Shown piece by piece: positions 12,325-24,158 of a stretch of DNA of 64,000 nt (positions are counted from its first letter, which is position 1; each line of letters opens with the position of its first letter). The notes beneath the pieces are model-generated. The model saw only the letters and a list, made by a program, of their open reading frames with translations. It was not told the DNA's origin and searched no databases. Made by a program: the position numbers and the translations under genes. Origin of the DNA: Octopus bimaculoides (Eukaryota); contig NC_068982.1 of the NCBI RefSeq assembly GCF_001194135.2, forward strand, positions 21,410,530-21,474,529. The letters run 5' to 3'.

Positions 12325-12452
12325 TAACAACAATGAGAACCCAGGTTCGAAATTTCCGGAAGACACCAGATGAAGGCTGGAAGGTATATCAGCCGAAACA
12401 ACAAACAAGATGAGGACAAATGTCCGTCAAATGTAAAGAGTGTAAATAATAT
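12325..12452 (+). mobile_element. 3' part of the same element with a degenerate PLE-type hammerhead motif
   Basis: aatgagaacccaggtt (shared with the minus-strand piece) ... acac CAGATGA a ggctg gaaggtatat cagcc GAAA c. U4 is mutated to A, and stem III and the stem I 3' strand are missing. Confidence 0.65.
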
Positions 12453-12514
12453 CAACATTATAACCTAAACGAGCACATACAAGACATAATTAGCAATATG
12501 CATGCAGTCGGCTA

Positions 12515-12790
12515 ATGGCAACTCAGTTATTTATTGACACACTCCACATCTGGGCAACAAGCTTGCTGCCTCCTTACTCGGAGTTGAATGGTGTTCTACT
12601 CCTAATACTCAGGCATACACCTAACCTATTCGTTTCTCCTCCTCTCACTACACTTGTTGCTTCCGACCGAACCTGCTCTACTTTAGAAATCTTTCCTGCC
12701 CACGTCACCGCCCTTTGGAATATCCTTCATGATCCTGATTTTTACACACTCACCTGCAACCGTTTAAATGACATATTGGCCGTCTCAGTC
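12515..12790 (+). mobile_element. Possible decayed CR1/L2-type LINE 3' end
   Basis: The translation IFPAHVTALWNILHDPDF loosely resembles the LINE C-terminal SFFPRTxxLWNxLP motif. Confidence 0.3.
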
Positions 12791-12813
12791 TAATGAATCT
12801 GAAATGGCCCATA

Positions 12814-13020
12814 ATTATGCATATGAAATCCCATTTCCCGAGTGAATTTAGATGCATATTATTAATATTGCTATGTTCACTAGACACCTGAAGTCATTTC
12901 GTTGGCGTACGATACTTCAGAAAGGCGAAATCATCAGTATATCATGTTTAGCTTCGCTAGAATTAAAATATTATTTATGCAATTAAAGACTCATTACTTA
13001 ATGTATGAAGTGAGTTTATT
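12814..13020 (+). repeat. 207-bp direct repeat, copy 2
   Basis: See copy 1; offset 1343 bp. Confidence 0.92.
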
Positions 13021-13061
13021 GAAAATATTTATTCATCAAAATTTATCAAAATATTTATTTA

Positions 13062-13690
13062 TCCCAAACTTCCTCCAAAGACATGCTACCTAAAACCACA
13101 AACATTTCTATGAAAAGAAGCCTTTAGAGTATCCTACATATGGTTGTAGAGATCAAATTGTTATACCGCATGCTCACGTTTTTTTGGTTTTTTTTCTTAT
13201 GTGAATCCTTTACGACATATAATATAAAAAGTGACTGTGTTTTCAGATATACCAATCCATACACTCTACATATAACAAAACAAACGACTGCATAATAATG
13301 TCAAAAGTTATGAATCTATGTTCATTCTATGTTTTAAAAGTTCATGACACTAACATAATTTCTAGATTATTAACTCCAACTTCCCAAACTTCCTCCGAGG
13401 ACATATCACCAAAAATCGCAGACATTTCTACGAAGAGAGGCTTTTAATGTATTCTTCACTTGGTTATAGAGTTTAATATGTTACGCAGTATATTGTGGCT
13501 TATTTTTTTATTGTATGAGCCCTTTAGAACATATAATATAAAAAAGTGACTACGTTTTCAGATATACCAATAAAACAACAAACTAGAGAAAAACAAAACC
13601 AATCGACTGCATAGTTATTTCAAAAACCATGAAACCGTATGTTCATGCCATGTTTTAAAATTTCGTTACGCTAACCTAATTCCCGATACT
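13062..13690 (+). repeat. Diverged tandem duplication, 320-bp period
   Basis: tcccaaacttcctcc at 13062 and 13382. Shared blocks include acatataatataaaaa(a)gtgact, gttttcagatataccaat and cgactgcata. Confidence 0.85.
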
Positions 13691-14972
13691 GTCAAACCTG
13701 TAGATGTATTCTTCATTGACAAATACTGTGCACCCAGAGGCAATGTATATAGTATTTGTGTCTTCTTTACCTCCAAATAGTCTGTAATTGCTCATATATT
13801 CTGCATTATTACAACATTGTGCTGCTTTTGGGGTTTGAATTTGTCTTGCACCCTGTGTCCTCTTGTCTCAGTTTTAAATTCTGTGCTTGTAACTACTGTT
13901 TCAATTTACTGTGTTTTTCTGTACCCTCTTCTTTCTTGTATTGTGCATGTAGGCATTTTTATTCCAACACCTTTTATTATAGTATTCCATAGACACATTC
14001 TTTAGCTCAGATATAAACTTTGATTAAAATTTTTATCGGTTCTCTTTTTTTTATATTTACAAAGTGTATTTCATTATATATTCCTTTTATATTTATCAAC
14101 ATGTTTAAAGACAAGACATTTATTTGGGTTTCTTTTTTTATGTTGCTTCTGTTTGTAGCTAGTCATGGCAGTTTTCGATTAGGCTTTATGCGATATTTTT
14201 GAATATCACAGTGAATATAACGTCTCTACCTGCATGTGTTTATGGTACATATATTTCGGACAGATTATTGGAGTGTATTCTAAATGCAGTCATTAATTTT
14301 ATTGTTTTTAATCTGTCTAGACTTCCGAATCGATTTTGCGTTCAGTTGAGAATACTTTAACTATAACTTATTACGGTAACAGTTAGAGTATTGACGCCTA
14401 TTTAAAACGAAGCTCCGCAGTCTACCTACATGTAAGGAATCACGTTCCAAAGAATGCAAACTATATTGTCTTTGAACTATGACCGCCCAACAGCTATAGG
14501 TTTCATTTTGAGAGTTTAAAACAATTGTGAACTAAAGATTGACTATAAATGTATTCGTGGTCTGATAGTGTCTGTTCAACGAGATCAACACATCTTATAT
14601 CACCGTGGTAAATACCAGCGAAAACAAATTTTAAAACAAGTTATCAATCGAAATGTTCTTAGTCGTCTATGATGTTAATTCCATTCGTATATCGAGGCTG
14701 TGTTATTCAGGAAGCGAAAACCGCATTTCGAGATAAGAACGTTCTTTTCTGTCAAAGACTCTGGGTTGATGGTTCTAGACCGGCGCAGGTGTCTTGGCAA
14801 TATTCTGTACATGGTACAATATTCATCTTGATTTGATAAGGCGCAAATAATGTTGCAACAATCGGAAAAGGCATTTAAAGATAATAAGTAATCACTTGAA
14901 TCTGTGCAACACTTAGCTGCCCGAAGTATTGTACCATGGTCCACTTCACTACATTGCAGAATATCTTAGATT

Positions 14973-15065
14973 AAGGCGGTGAGCTGTTAGAATCGTTAGC
15001 ACGCCGGGCTAAATGCTTAGCGGTATTTCGTCTGCTGTTACGTTCTGAGTTCAAATTCCGCCGAG
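14973..15065 (+). mobile_element. SINE family B, 3'-truncated
   Basis: aaggcggtgagctgttagaatcgttagcacgccgggctaaatgcttagcgg...ctgagttcaaattccgccgag. Confidence 0.88.
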
Positions 15066-15949
15066 TTTCGTAATGAGGCTCTAGTCGCAATAAGGGCAGT
15101 TGTGAATATGACCCACCCCCACCCGTATATAAATGCTGCCTACGGTCGATGTACAGCTAAGGAATCATATTATAGAAGAGGTAGAGCAAATCATAGTTCC
15201 GCATAAAACATAGAGATCTTTTTACTAGGAAGTTAAAGTCTGCTTTAGTTGTAGAGTTCGAACATGGGTAGCGGATATGGTTGTGGGTTGCTATGGTTAA
15301 TTTTGTGTGATAAGATATAGCATTGCATTGTATATATATATGAGTGTGGCTATGTTTTTGTACGTCTTGATGGCGTGATTATAAGACGTATATTGTACTC
15401 ATTCTGTTTTATATGACCTTTTGATTATTACTTATATAGGTGTATCTTATGTCATCTTTTCAGCCTGGAATTCTGTTGTGTCATTTTGCTATTTAATTTT
15501 TATTTTTTTAGAAGTATATACTTTTATATATTCGTTTTCGTTACATATTTCTGCTTTCCTATTTCAAATTCGTTGCTTTGCTATGACAATCACATTTGTC
15601 CGTTTTGATTAAAATTTGTAGTTATTTCAATTACTTTTCCTTTAACCTTCAATAAAAGCTAACGTAGTCCTACATTAAATATTCTTCTATTATTTTTTAT
15701 TGATTGCTGGAGTCTCTCAGTTCCCTGTTGGTTTCATTAGTACAATATTTCCATATTGGGTGGCAGATATTGAACAACAATCACATTTGTTTTCTTGTGA
15801 TGTTGATTTGATGACTTCCATCGATAACTGATATTTTTGATTAAGAAACCTATTGAAGCTATACAATAAGAACTTTTCTTTTGTTTGTTAGGAAATCTAT
15901 TGAAGGTATTTGTATAGTTTTCCTTTCTTATTTCCTAAATATCATTGGC

Positions 15950-16560
15950 ATCCTATAGTAGGTGACACTTCTCTTGTTGCATATAATAACGGTATGCATT
16001 AATATTCATATCCCAAATATTTCTGTGTCAGCCTCTGCGCGTCGCGTTCTAAATACTTTCAATACGTTCTTACCGGTCATCTATTCTTATTTCATTTCGT
16101 ATGCACTTAAACGTATTATGCCTCAAGCATACAACATCACAGGTGTCTATTTCTTTTACTCTTTATTCATTTTATTTTTATTTAATGCATCTATAGCATT
16201 TACTCCTGTTCCTTCGAATGTTATAATACGTGCGCTAGTTGCTTTTATCAATCATGTCCTTGTAATTCTTAAGCATCTGTATGGTTGCATACCATATAAT
16301 CTCTTGTTTCTGTTTCTTTCTCCAACATAATATTATGTACTTTACCAATATTCCTATTTTAAAATTTGCTTGGTGTATTCTTCCGATGCGCATTCCATAT
16401 CAGCTTCTCTGGTTTATCCCAGGAAATTCTATGAAAGCGTTTTCTGTTCCATACGTCTTCATTGAACACCTCGATGGCATTTATCAACAAAATATGACTA
16501 ATAGTTCTCTTCTAGTACATGTATTTCAGTCCTGCCAATTTTAAAGACTTGGTCTAATGA
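15950..16560 (-). mobile_element. Highly decayed non-LTR reverse transcriptase remnant
   Basis: The minus strand is A-rich and, across frameshifts, shows in correct order ENAF/HRISWDK (about EKAFDRVxW), VMLYA*GII (about LLYADDI) and QKYLGY (about KYLG). Confidence 0.35.
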
Positions 16561-18159
16561 AATATGGGAGCAACGATCAGATAAAAGCGAAGACATTGAG
16601 TCCTCTAGTAATAGTTGTCTGTCAAAAAGAATGCGATATATTTTCTTTATTCTATATTTTGTCTGAATTTCCAAAATTCTTTCTCATGCATGAATAAACA
16701 CATTTAATGTCTATACATAATAGTTAAGGTACCTCAAATATTATGTATATTCCCAGTGTCCGATTATCACCGTCGTGGCCTTTCTGCTCGCCAATCCATG
16801 CCAGATTTTTTTAAAATATTGTTTCATTCTGCAGTCTCAGGTTAGAGATTTGTTAATCACTAATTGATTTTTACAACCATATATGACATGGCAGCATCCA
16901 TTATGTTTTCTGGAAGTGAGTATTTCTTCCGATGAATTATTTATTGCCTACTATTATATTACATTTTGAATTTTGTGAGTTGCTGCACAGGGGTTATGAG
17001 ACATTCATGATTTTTTTTACTGCTTTTTCAACAGATCATTAAATATTTCTGCCTGTACTCTAAGTGTGCCTGTTCAATAATTCATGAAGAACTATTTCAT
17101 TGTATCACATCATGGTTCTTCCTACTATTTCATTTTATGTAGTGTCCGGGCCAGTTTCTTGTTGTAGTAGTATTTTATTCATTCGTTTAGGTAGTGAACG
17201 TATCTTGAACATTTGCTGCCCATGTTCACTTCCCCTATCTTGTTTCTATTTTCTTTAGTTCTGTTTTTCCTCCTGTTGTTAATCACTTTGTTTTTCATAG
17301 AACCGAACGTTATAAAATTAAGCATAGAGTTGTTCCGTCAAGTTAACGTCAACACAACTTTCGCGTTTAGCTTTAAGGATATTTTGTTCATTGTTCATAT
17401 TACAGTAATCCCTCGCCATACCATTGTTCACCTATCACGGTTTATCATTTAAGCTTACGTCGATTCCTCCGTGGTCTTGACGTGCATGTGTAGCAAAATA
17501 AATATACACAAATAATAAAAATAATTCAAAAACATATATACGGTGCATTACTGTTTCTACTTCACAGATTTTCACTTATCGCAGGGCGTTTTGGAACGTA
17601 CCACCCACGAGAGTCTAGGGATTGCTGTATATTATAACGTATTCATGATATTTAAGATTACTTCAAGGTGCATCGTCTGTCTTCTTGACTAAGAATTTAA
17701 AATGACTTTACTACAATGTTTTCCAAACTAACAGTGTATTCTATCTCCCTAGCTTACTTTTTGTAAAACTACATTGATTATTTGATATATAAATTATATT
17801 GACGATTTTCTGTTTTGTTTATTAAACTGTAACTTAGCTTATATCAATGGATATTTATATTCCATCATATAAAAAGATATTTTTATGTATATTGCTTATG
17901 GGCTTCTCTAATTTACGCTGGCAGATATGAGTGGATTTTCTAACAGATCGTTTAAATAAACCCCTATGCTATTTCGGGAAACATCGTGATTGGTCATATA
18001 TGTTTATTTGTTTAATCCTTGAGAACAGCAGCTGAATTCTTGAAGCGTCAGAGAATAAAATCATCACCACAGATTAAATACGATGGTCTGTCATTATAAT
18101 AGTCAATATAAGAAAAAAATGTACATTATAAAGACTTTTATTTAGTAACTTTGGTAATA

Positions 18160-18341
18160 TATAATATTCTTTCTGTTATAGGCACAAGGCCTCAAAGTTT
18201 GGGTGACCTTGCAAGTTGCTTCCTCCATAGTTCAAAGTGGTGCTTATAAGATCCAAAAAGGATGAACAGTAAAATCGATCCCAGAGTGTAAAAGTGGACA
18301 AAATGTCCGTTGTGCTAACGATTCTGCCAGCATACCGCCTT
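18160..18341 (-). mobile_element. SINE family B, diverged
   Basis: Reverse complement: aaggcggtatgctggcagaatcgttagcac ... gaggccttgtgcctataacagaaagaat. Confidence 0.8.
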
Positions 18342-18395
18342 TTTCGTAATATTTAATATTGGTTTTGCATTTAGCCACAAGGCCCTCCTATTTGT

Positions 18396-18454
18396 TATCA
18401 TCATCATCATCATTGGTGGTGGTGGTGGTGGTGGTGGTGGTGGTGGTGGTGGTG
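18396..18454. repeat. Compound (ATC)n(GGT)n microsatellite
   Basis: Direct reading. Confidence 0.95.
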
Positions 18455-20130
18455 ATGCACGCACGTATCTTATTGAAGCTAGTCAGTCGGTCCTGTTTTT
18501 AAGATTAAAATTCAAGTCGTATCCAAGGTATTGAGCATAGCAAGGAAAAAATTTACATTATTGTATGAAAAAGTTTTCTTTCACTGCGTATATACGTCTA
18601 ATGCATAAATCAAGACTAAAGAAGGGTGGGTGCGAGTGAGAGATAATCATGTTATTGATTGCGTTACGTGATTGACTATATTTATGTGACAATAAATATT
18701 TTATCAAGTCCATTCTTTCAAAGCCTTTGATTTTAAAGAGAGTATTGATATCACTTTCTACTTTACGCACTCGTATTGGAGTAAACTACTCGTGTCTTTT
18801 TTAAATGTGAAAGCTGAGTTGAATTATATATTTGTTACACTATCAATATTCTTTGCAATGTCTGAATGAGGTATAATATTCTATACTTTGTGACATTGTT
18901 GAATGTCCTTTGTATCATATTTTACACGCATAAGAAAACAACTATTTCTCATGAATATTGTTATTTCAAAGGCTGGCATTGAAACCTTTCTACATTTCTC
19001 TTCAGTTTTCCTTGTTTACTTGTTTATTAATTTATTGATTTATTTTATAAGTTGTTTCCACGAGAGTGTCTGAGATTGAAATATGAAATATTAGTATTTA
19101 CTTGTTTCCACTTGGTGTCATATCAATTCGCTTGTGCCATCAGTTCGTTTTCCATTTAAAACAAGAAAATTGAAGAAGTTCGCATCATTACAACTTACAG
19201 AATCTTTTCTTAATACAAATTCTATTCAAACTCAACGACTAACATACTTGCTTCCTCTAATCTTACAATGTTTCTTACTTTCTATAATATGAATGTATAC
19301 ACATATCTGTAGGTCAATATATTTTCACGTAAGCATCTTACATTGCTCTATAGGTCTAGCAATATCATGATTTCCTTCATTATATTTTTTTTTCCTAATT
19401 GTCACAACTTTTGGCAAATCGCCATTATATTATAAGATCAGGTGAAATGTTTTCTATTGCAAACTAATAGGCGGCTTTCTGATATTGTTTACTAAGAGTT
19501 GGCTACAAACCACGAGCAAACTTAACTTGATATACTTCATGCTTTGTATTTGTCTTCGCTCAGCAAATATATGAAATGTCTGGACTTAAGTCTGTAGTTG
19601 CTATGTATTTTGGCCGGGTCAATGATTTAATTCTCCTTTAAAAGTTCGATAGTATTACTTCTTTTAATCGTCACTATTAACATAACAGTAGCGATAACGA
19701 ACCATGGACAAAGTGATATTATATATACGTTATATATCGCCTTCAATATTTTTCATACTAATTTAATAATATATTTTATAATATAAAATAAAAGTCCATG
19801 CCATAGGACTATGTTGGTGGAGTTGTTACTTAGCAACAGTCTTAAGATTGATATTTTAGTAGCCATATGATTTTCGTGTTAAGTTGTATCTAGGAATACA
19901 TTGTTTTGTTTATGATGCCGATTTCAAGACATTGGCACGTGCATTAACTGGAATTTAAGGTCGAATTCAAAAATATCAATCTTCAAAATAATAATGATTT
20001 TTGCTCGGATAAATTGAATTTAAGAATGATATTTACAATTTAGGAATCAAGAAACGTGTGGCAAACCATATCTGAACTGATGTGCATGTATGGTTTGGCG
20101 TCTACACACACAGAGAGACACACATGCATG

Positions 20131-20164
<34 letters not shown>

Positions 20165-20338
20165 TATTTATATGTAAAATTATAATTTAGGGTATCTCAG
20201 AGATACAACCACACTGGAAATAGCACTCAAAACTTGACTCTATAACCACATTAAATGTTCATATAGCACCAGGAGAGAAGACAAGGAGACAAATATAAAT
20301 TTATATATTTATATGTATATATATATATATTATATATG

Positions 20339-20373
<35 letters not shown>

Positions 20374-20375
20374 AT

Positions 20376-20615
20376 ATAATTAGAAAATGGAGAAAACTAC
20401 AGATTAACCAACACATCGATTGGACCACATATATAGCTTCTTTTTTCATACAAAGCATGTCACAGCAAATTAGGTGACGTAACAAATCTTACGGCCGTTA
20501 CTGATCGAAGTGCCAAAATGCAGTTTATACATAAATGCGGGAATAAGCTATAAGCTATAAATGTGGTCCAATTGATGTGTTGGTTAATCTGTGGTTTTTT
20601 CCATTTTCTAATTAT
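20376..20615. repeat. Foldback/MITE-like element, 64-bp terminal inverted repeats
   Basis: ataattagaaaatggagaaaactacagattaaccaacacatcgattggaccacatatatagctt (20376-20439) vs reverse complement of 20552-20615 differs at about 4 positions. The spacer is about 112 bp. Confidence 0.9.
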
Positions 20616-20880
20616 TTGCATTGGTTCCTGATAAACTCTTATTTAACCAGTTATCTGCACTCTACGTGTATGGTGTGTCTGTACACTATTGCCTGGGAAT
20701 AATCAATTAATTTTAGTTGAACACCTACTTTGTGTGGAAGTTGAAAGTTATTCGTGGTTGTCGATCTGTAAACCGCAGTCTTCATCTCTTATACATGCAT
20801 ATATAGAAACACACCTACACATTTAAGCATATACTTGTATATACATACACATGCATATACACACAATATACACACATATA

Positions 20881-21704
20881 TAGGAAGTGGTATCAAATCG
20901 TTCCAGGGCTCGTGAGAGCTAGGATTGATGTTCCAGAGACAGTGTGTCGGGGGGCATCGCTGTGTTTAATTTGTAAGTTGTGAAATTTATGTTTGAGTGA
21001 TCACATGTGCAGAGTAGTCTGCGATTTTATCATGGACAGGAACAGAGAGCTAACGTTAAATTTTGTGTTAAACTTGGGAAGTCTGCTACAGAGACATTCA
21101 GTATGATTCGCAAAATATACAGCGACGAGGCAATTGGTCGTGTGCAATGTTTCGAGTGACACAGGTGTTTCAAAAGCGGAAGAACACCTGAGCGACGATG
21201 AGCGATCTGGACAACCTGCCACGAGCGTCACACTTGGAAATATGGTATTGCGCAGCGAGAATTCGTCACTCAGAGCCAGTCCGTCAAACGAGAGTTCTAC
21301 CACGATGTTTTGAAGCGTTTTGAAGGGAGGGCGTTCGATGAAAGCAACAAGATCTGTGCAGCACGAAGAATTCTCATTCCTGAGTTTCTCGCTAAAAACA
21401 ACATGATATCACCTTCTCCACCAGATTTAGCATCTGTGAACTTCCATCTCCTTCCCAAGATAAAATTGCAGCTCAAAAGTTGCCGATTTACTACCGTTAT
21501 CGAGAACCAGAGCGAATCACTGAAGGTCGTCGGCTACGGAAAAAACGAATTCCAGGCCGGATTCCAAAAGTGGCAGGAACACTGGGACAGGTGCATTTCT
21601 ATGGAAGGTGACTATTTCGAGGAAGATTATGTTAAAATTTCAGTAAATATATTATCAATTTATTAAAAATAACTAATCCGGAAACCTTATAATACCACCT
21701 CATA
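20881..21704 (+). mobile_element. Internally deleted mariner (Tc1/mariner) transposon
   Basis: N-terminal HTH EQRANVKFCVKLGKSATETFSMIRKIYSDEAIGRVQCFE*HRCFKSGR/DDERSGQP, then GIAQREFV..FYHDVLKRF and C-terminal SPPDLASVNFHLLPKIK...FQKWQEHWDRCISMEGDYFE. Degenerate TIRs of about 28 bp are flanked by TA at 20881-2 and 21703-4. Confidence 0.92.
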
Positions 21705-23548
21705 TTCATACACGCAGACAGGCACACACACATAGACACAAATTAGTGAGGCAATTTAAAACCGAAGGACTAGTATACTCGTCACTAAAACGGCGATAGG
21801 GTGCTTGTCAGTGGTGTCCGGTGGGTAAGAAAGTTGACTGTTATTTCTAGCTATGCTGGTGCTGACTAGCACCCTCCGTCATATGTGCGTGCGTGTGTGT
21901 ATGTGTGTGTGTGTGCATGCACGTAAACGTACGTATATTTTTGATTTTCCTTTTTTTTTGAGGCGGCTCCCACGTAGTTTAGTGTATGACAATTTTTACT
22001 CAGAAGCCGTTTATTAATCTACCGTAACAACTGCAAACACGTGGAATATTTCGAATAATATAAAACTCGGTCAACATCTATGTGCTGAAAATTAAAAAAA
22101 ATATTTTGTTTATAATTTTTGTAGAATCATGTATTTTGATAGGTATGTACGTTGATACAAAAAAATGACATCATTTGTGAAGCAGATTTTACTGGGCTTT
22201 CACTCTGTGTGTATGTGGATGTGTGTTTATGTGTATACGTCTTCATTTGTGCTTGCATGCAAGACTTCATATAAAAGGAGCATCGTAAGTGAACATAAGA
22301 AATATCTCTGTTAAGAGAAACCTACGTGTTGCTAAATCGTATGAAGTTTGGTATTGAATAAATGAAATAGTTTCAACAACAATGACTTTAATACAGGAAT
22401 GTATGCTGTTCTCCTCATATTTTTCAAACCTATCTGCTTCCCAATTTCTTTTCTCCCGTGCTCTCTCGCTCTGCAGTGGATTTGTTACGAACCNNNNNNN
22501 NNNNNNNNNNNNNNNNNNNNNNNNNNNNNNNNNNNNNNNNNNNNNNNNNNNNNNNNNNNNNNNNNNNNNNNNNNNNNNNNNNNNNNNNNNNNNNNNNNNN
22601 NNNNNNNNNNNNNNNNNNNNNNNNNNNNNNNNNNNNNNNNNNNNNNNNNNNNNNNNNNNNNNNNNNNNNNNNNNNNNNNNNNNNNNNNNNNNNNNNNNNN
22701 NNNNNNNNNNNNNNNNNNNNNNNNNNNNNNNNNNNNNNNNNNNNNNNNNNNNNNNNNNNNNNNNNNNNNNNNNNNNNNNNNNNNNNNNNNNNNNNNNNNN
22801 NNNNNNNNNNNNNNNNNNNNNNNNNNNNNNNNNNNNNNNNNNNNNNNNNNNNNNNNNNNNNNNNNNNNNNNNNNNNNNNNNNNNNNNNNNNNNNNNNNTA
22901 TATATATATATATATACATACATACACACGCACAAAGTAAGATAGATAGATGTGTGTGTATGCGTCTGCGTGTGTGGGTGTGTGTCTGTGTGTATTTGTG
23001 TGTATGCGTGTGTGTAACTCTCTTCACCTACTTTGGCAAGATTTAAATGGATGTCTTTCGAAAAGCGTCAAGATTCATATTCACTCGCTAGCAAAACACT
23101 TACAATACTCAATATGGTTAATGTCACCTCTCATGTTATATATTATCCACTTCAATAGGTTACTCTTGTGTGAAATGTTTCCCCCGCGGGCAAACAATAA
23201 TTTATATTGAGTGAATTATATAAATGTAGGTACTGTATTGATGCCTACACACTGTTGATATATATTGTACAACGATACTTGTGTTGCAGCGCTATGAAGA
23301 ACGTGCTTAAGACTACATTATATTGATATCTGCATGAATATACCGATGAGAAGGATTTCGTATTTGCCCCATGGGAATCATTTATATCTTTAAGGCAAAT
23401 GCGGTCACGATATAAGTGTAACAGACTAGAGATATGGATACACCACACCATGTAAATTCGCATAAATTACACACTAATGCACGCAATCTCATACAGAGGC
23501 ACATACAGAGATAGACATACACGTACACATACATGCACACACACAAAC

Positions 23549-23579
<31 letters not shown>

Positions 23580-23789
23580 ATTCTTACTATACATATGTAC
23601 GTGTGTTTATGTGTGTGTGTGTGTTTGTGTGTGCACGAATGTAAATGCATGTTATTTTATGATTGCATGCTGCATGTCATGTGACGCTGGAAAATGTATT
23701 ATGAAGTACTTTCAATTGCATTTATAGGATTAGAAAATTCTTCCTAGTACCGGAGATATTTCTGACATCATTATATTTGTGTACATACA

Positions 23790-23853
<64 letters not shown>

Positions 23854-23878
23854 GATCTATCTATCTATCGATCTATCG

Positions 23879-23935
<57 letters not shown>
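23790..23935. repeat. (TATC)n tetranucleotide microsatellite with TCGA variants
   Basis: Direct reading. Confidence 0.97.
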
Positions 23936-23968
23936 CATGTCTTTATACGCACATACATATTTATCAAT

Positions 23969-24124
23969 AGGCGCAGGCGTGACTGCGTGGTAAAAAGCTA
24001 ATTCCCAACCACCCTGTTCCGCATTCAAACCCACTTCCTTGTCAGTGTATGTGTGTGTGTGTGCGTGTATTTCTTTGTATCCGTGTTTGTCCCTGCATCA
24101 ACGCTTGAAAACCGGCGCTGTTGT

Positions 24125-24125
<1 letters not shown>
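23969..24125 (+). mobile_element. SINE family A, diverged and internally deleted
   Basis: Head aggcgcaggcgtgactgcgtggtaaaaagct, then (TG)n and gtttgtccctgcatcaacgcttgaaaaccgg. Confidence 0.75.
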
Positions 24126-24158
<33 letters not shown>

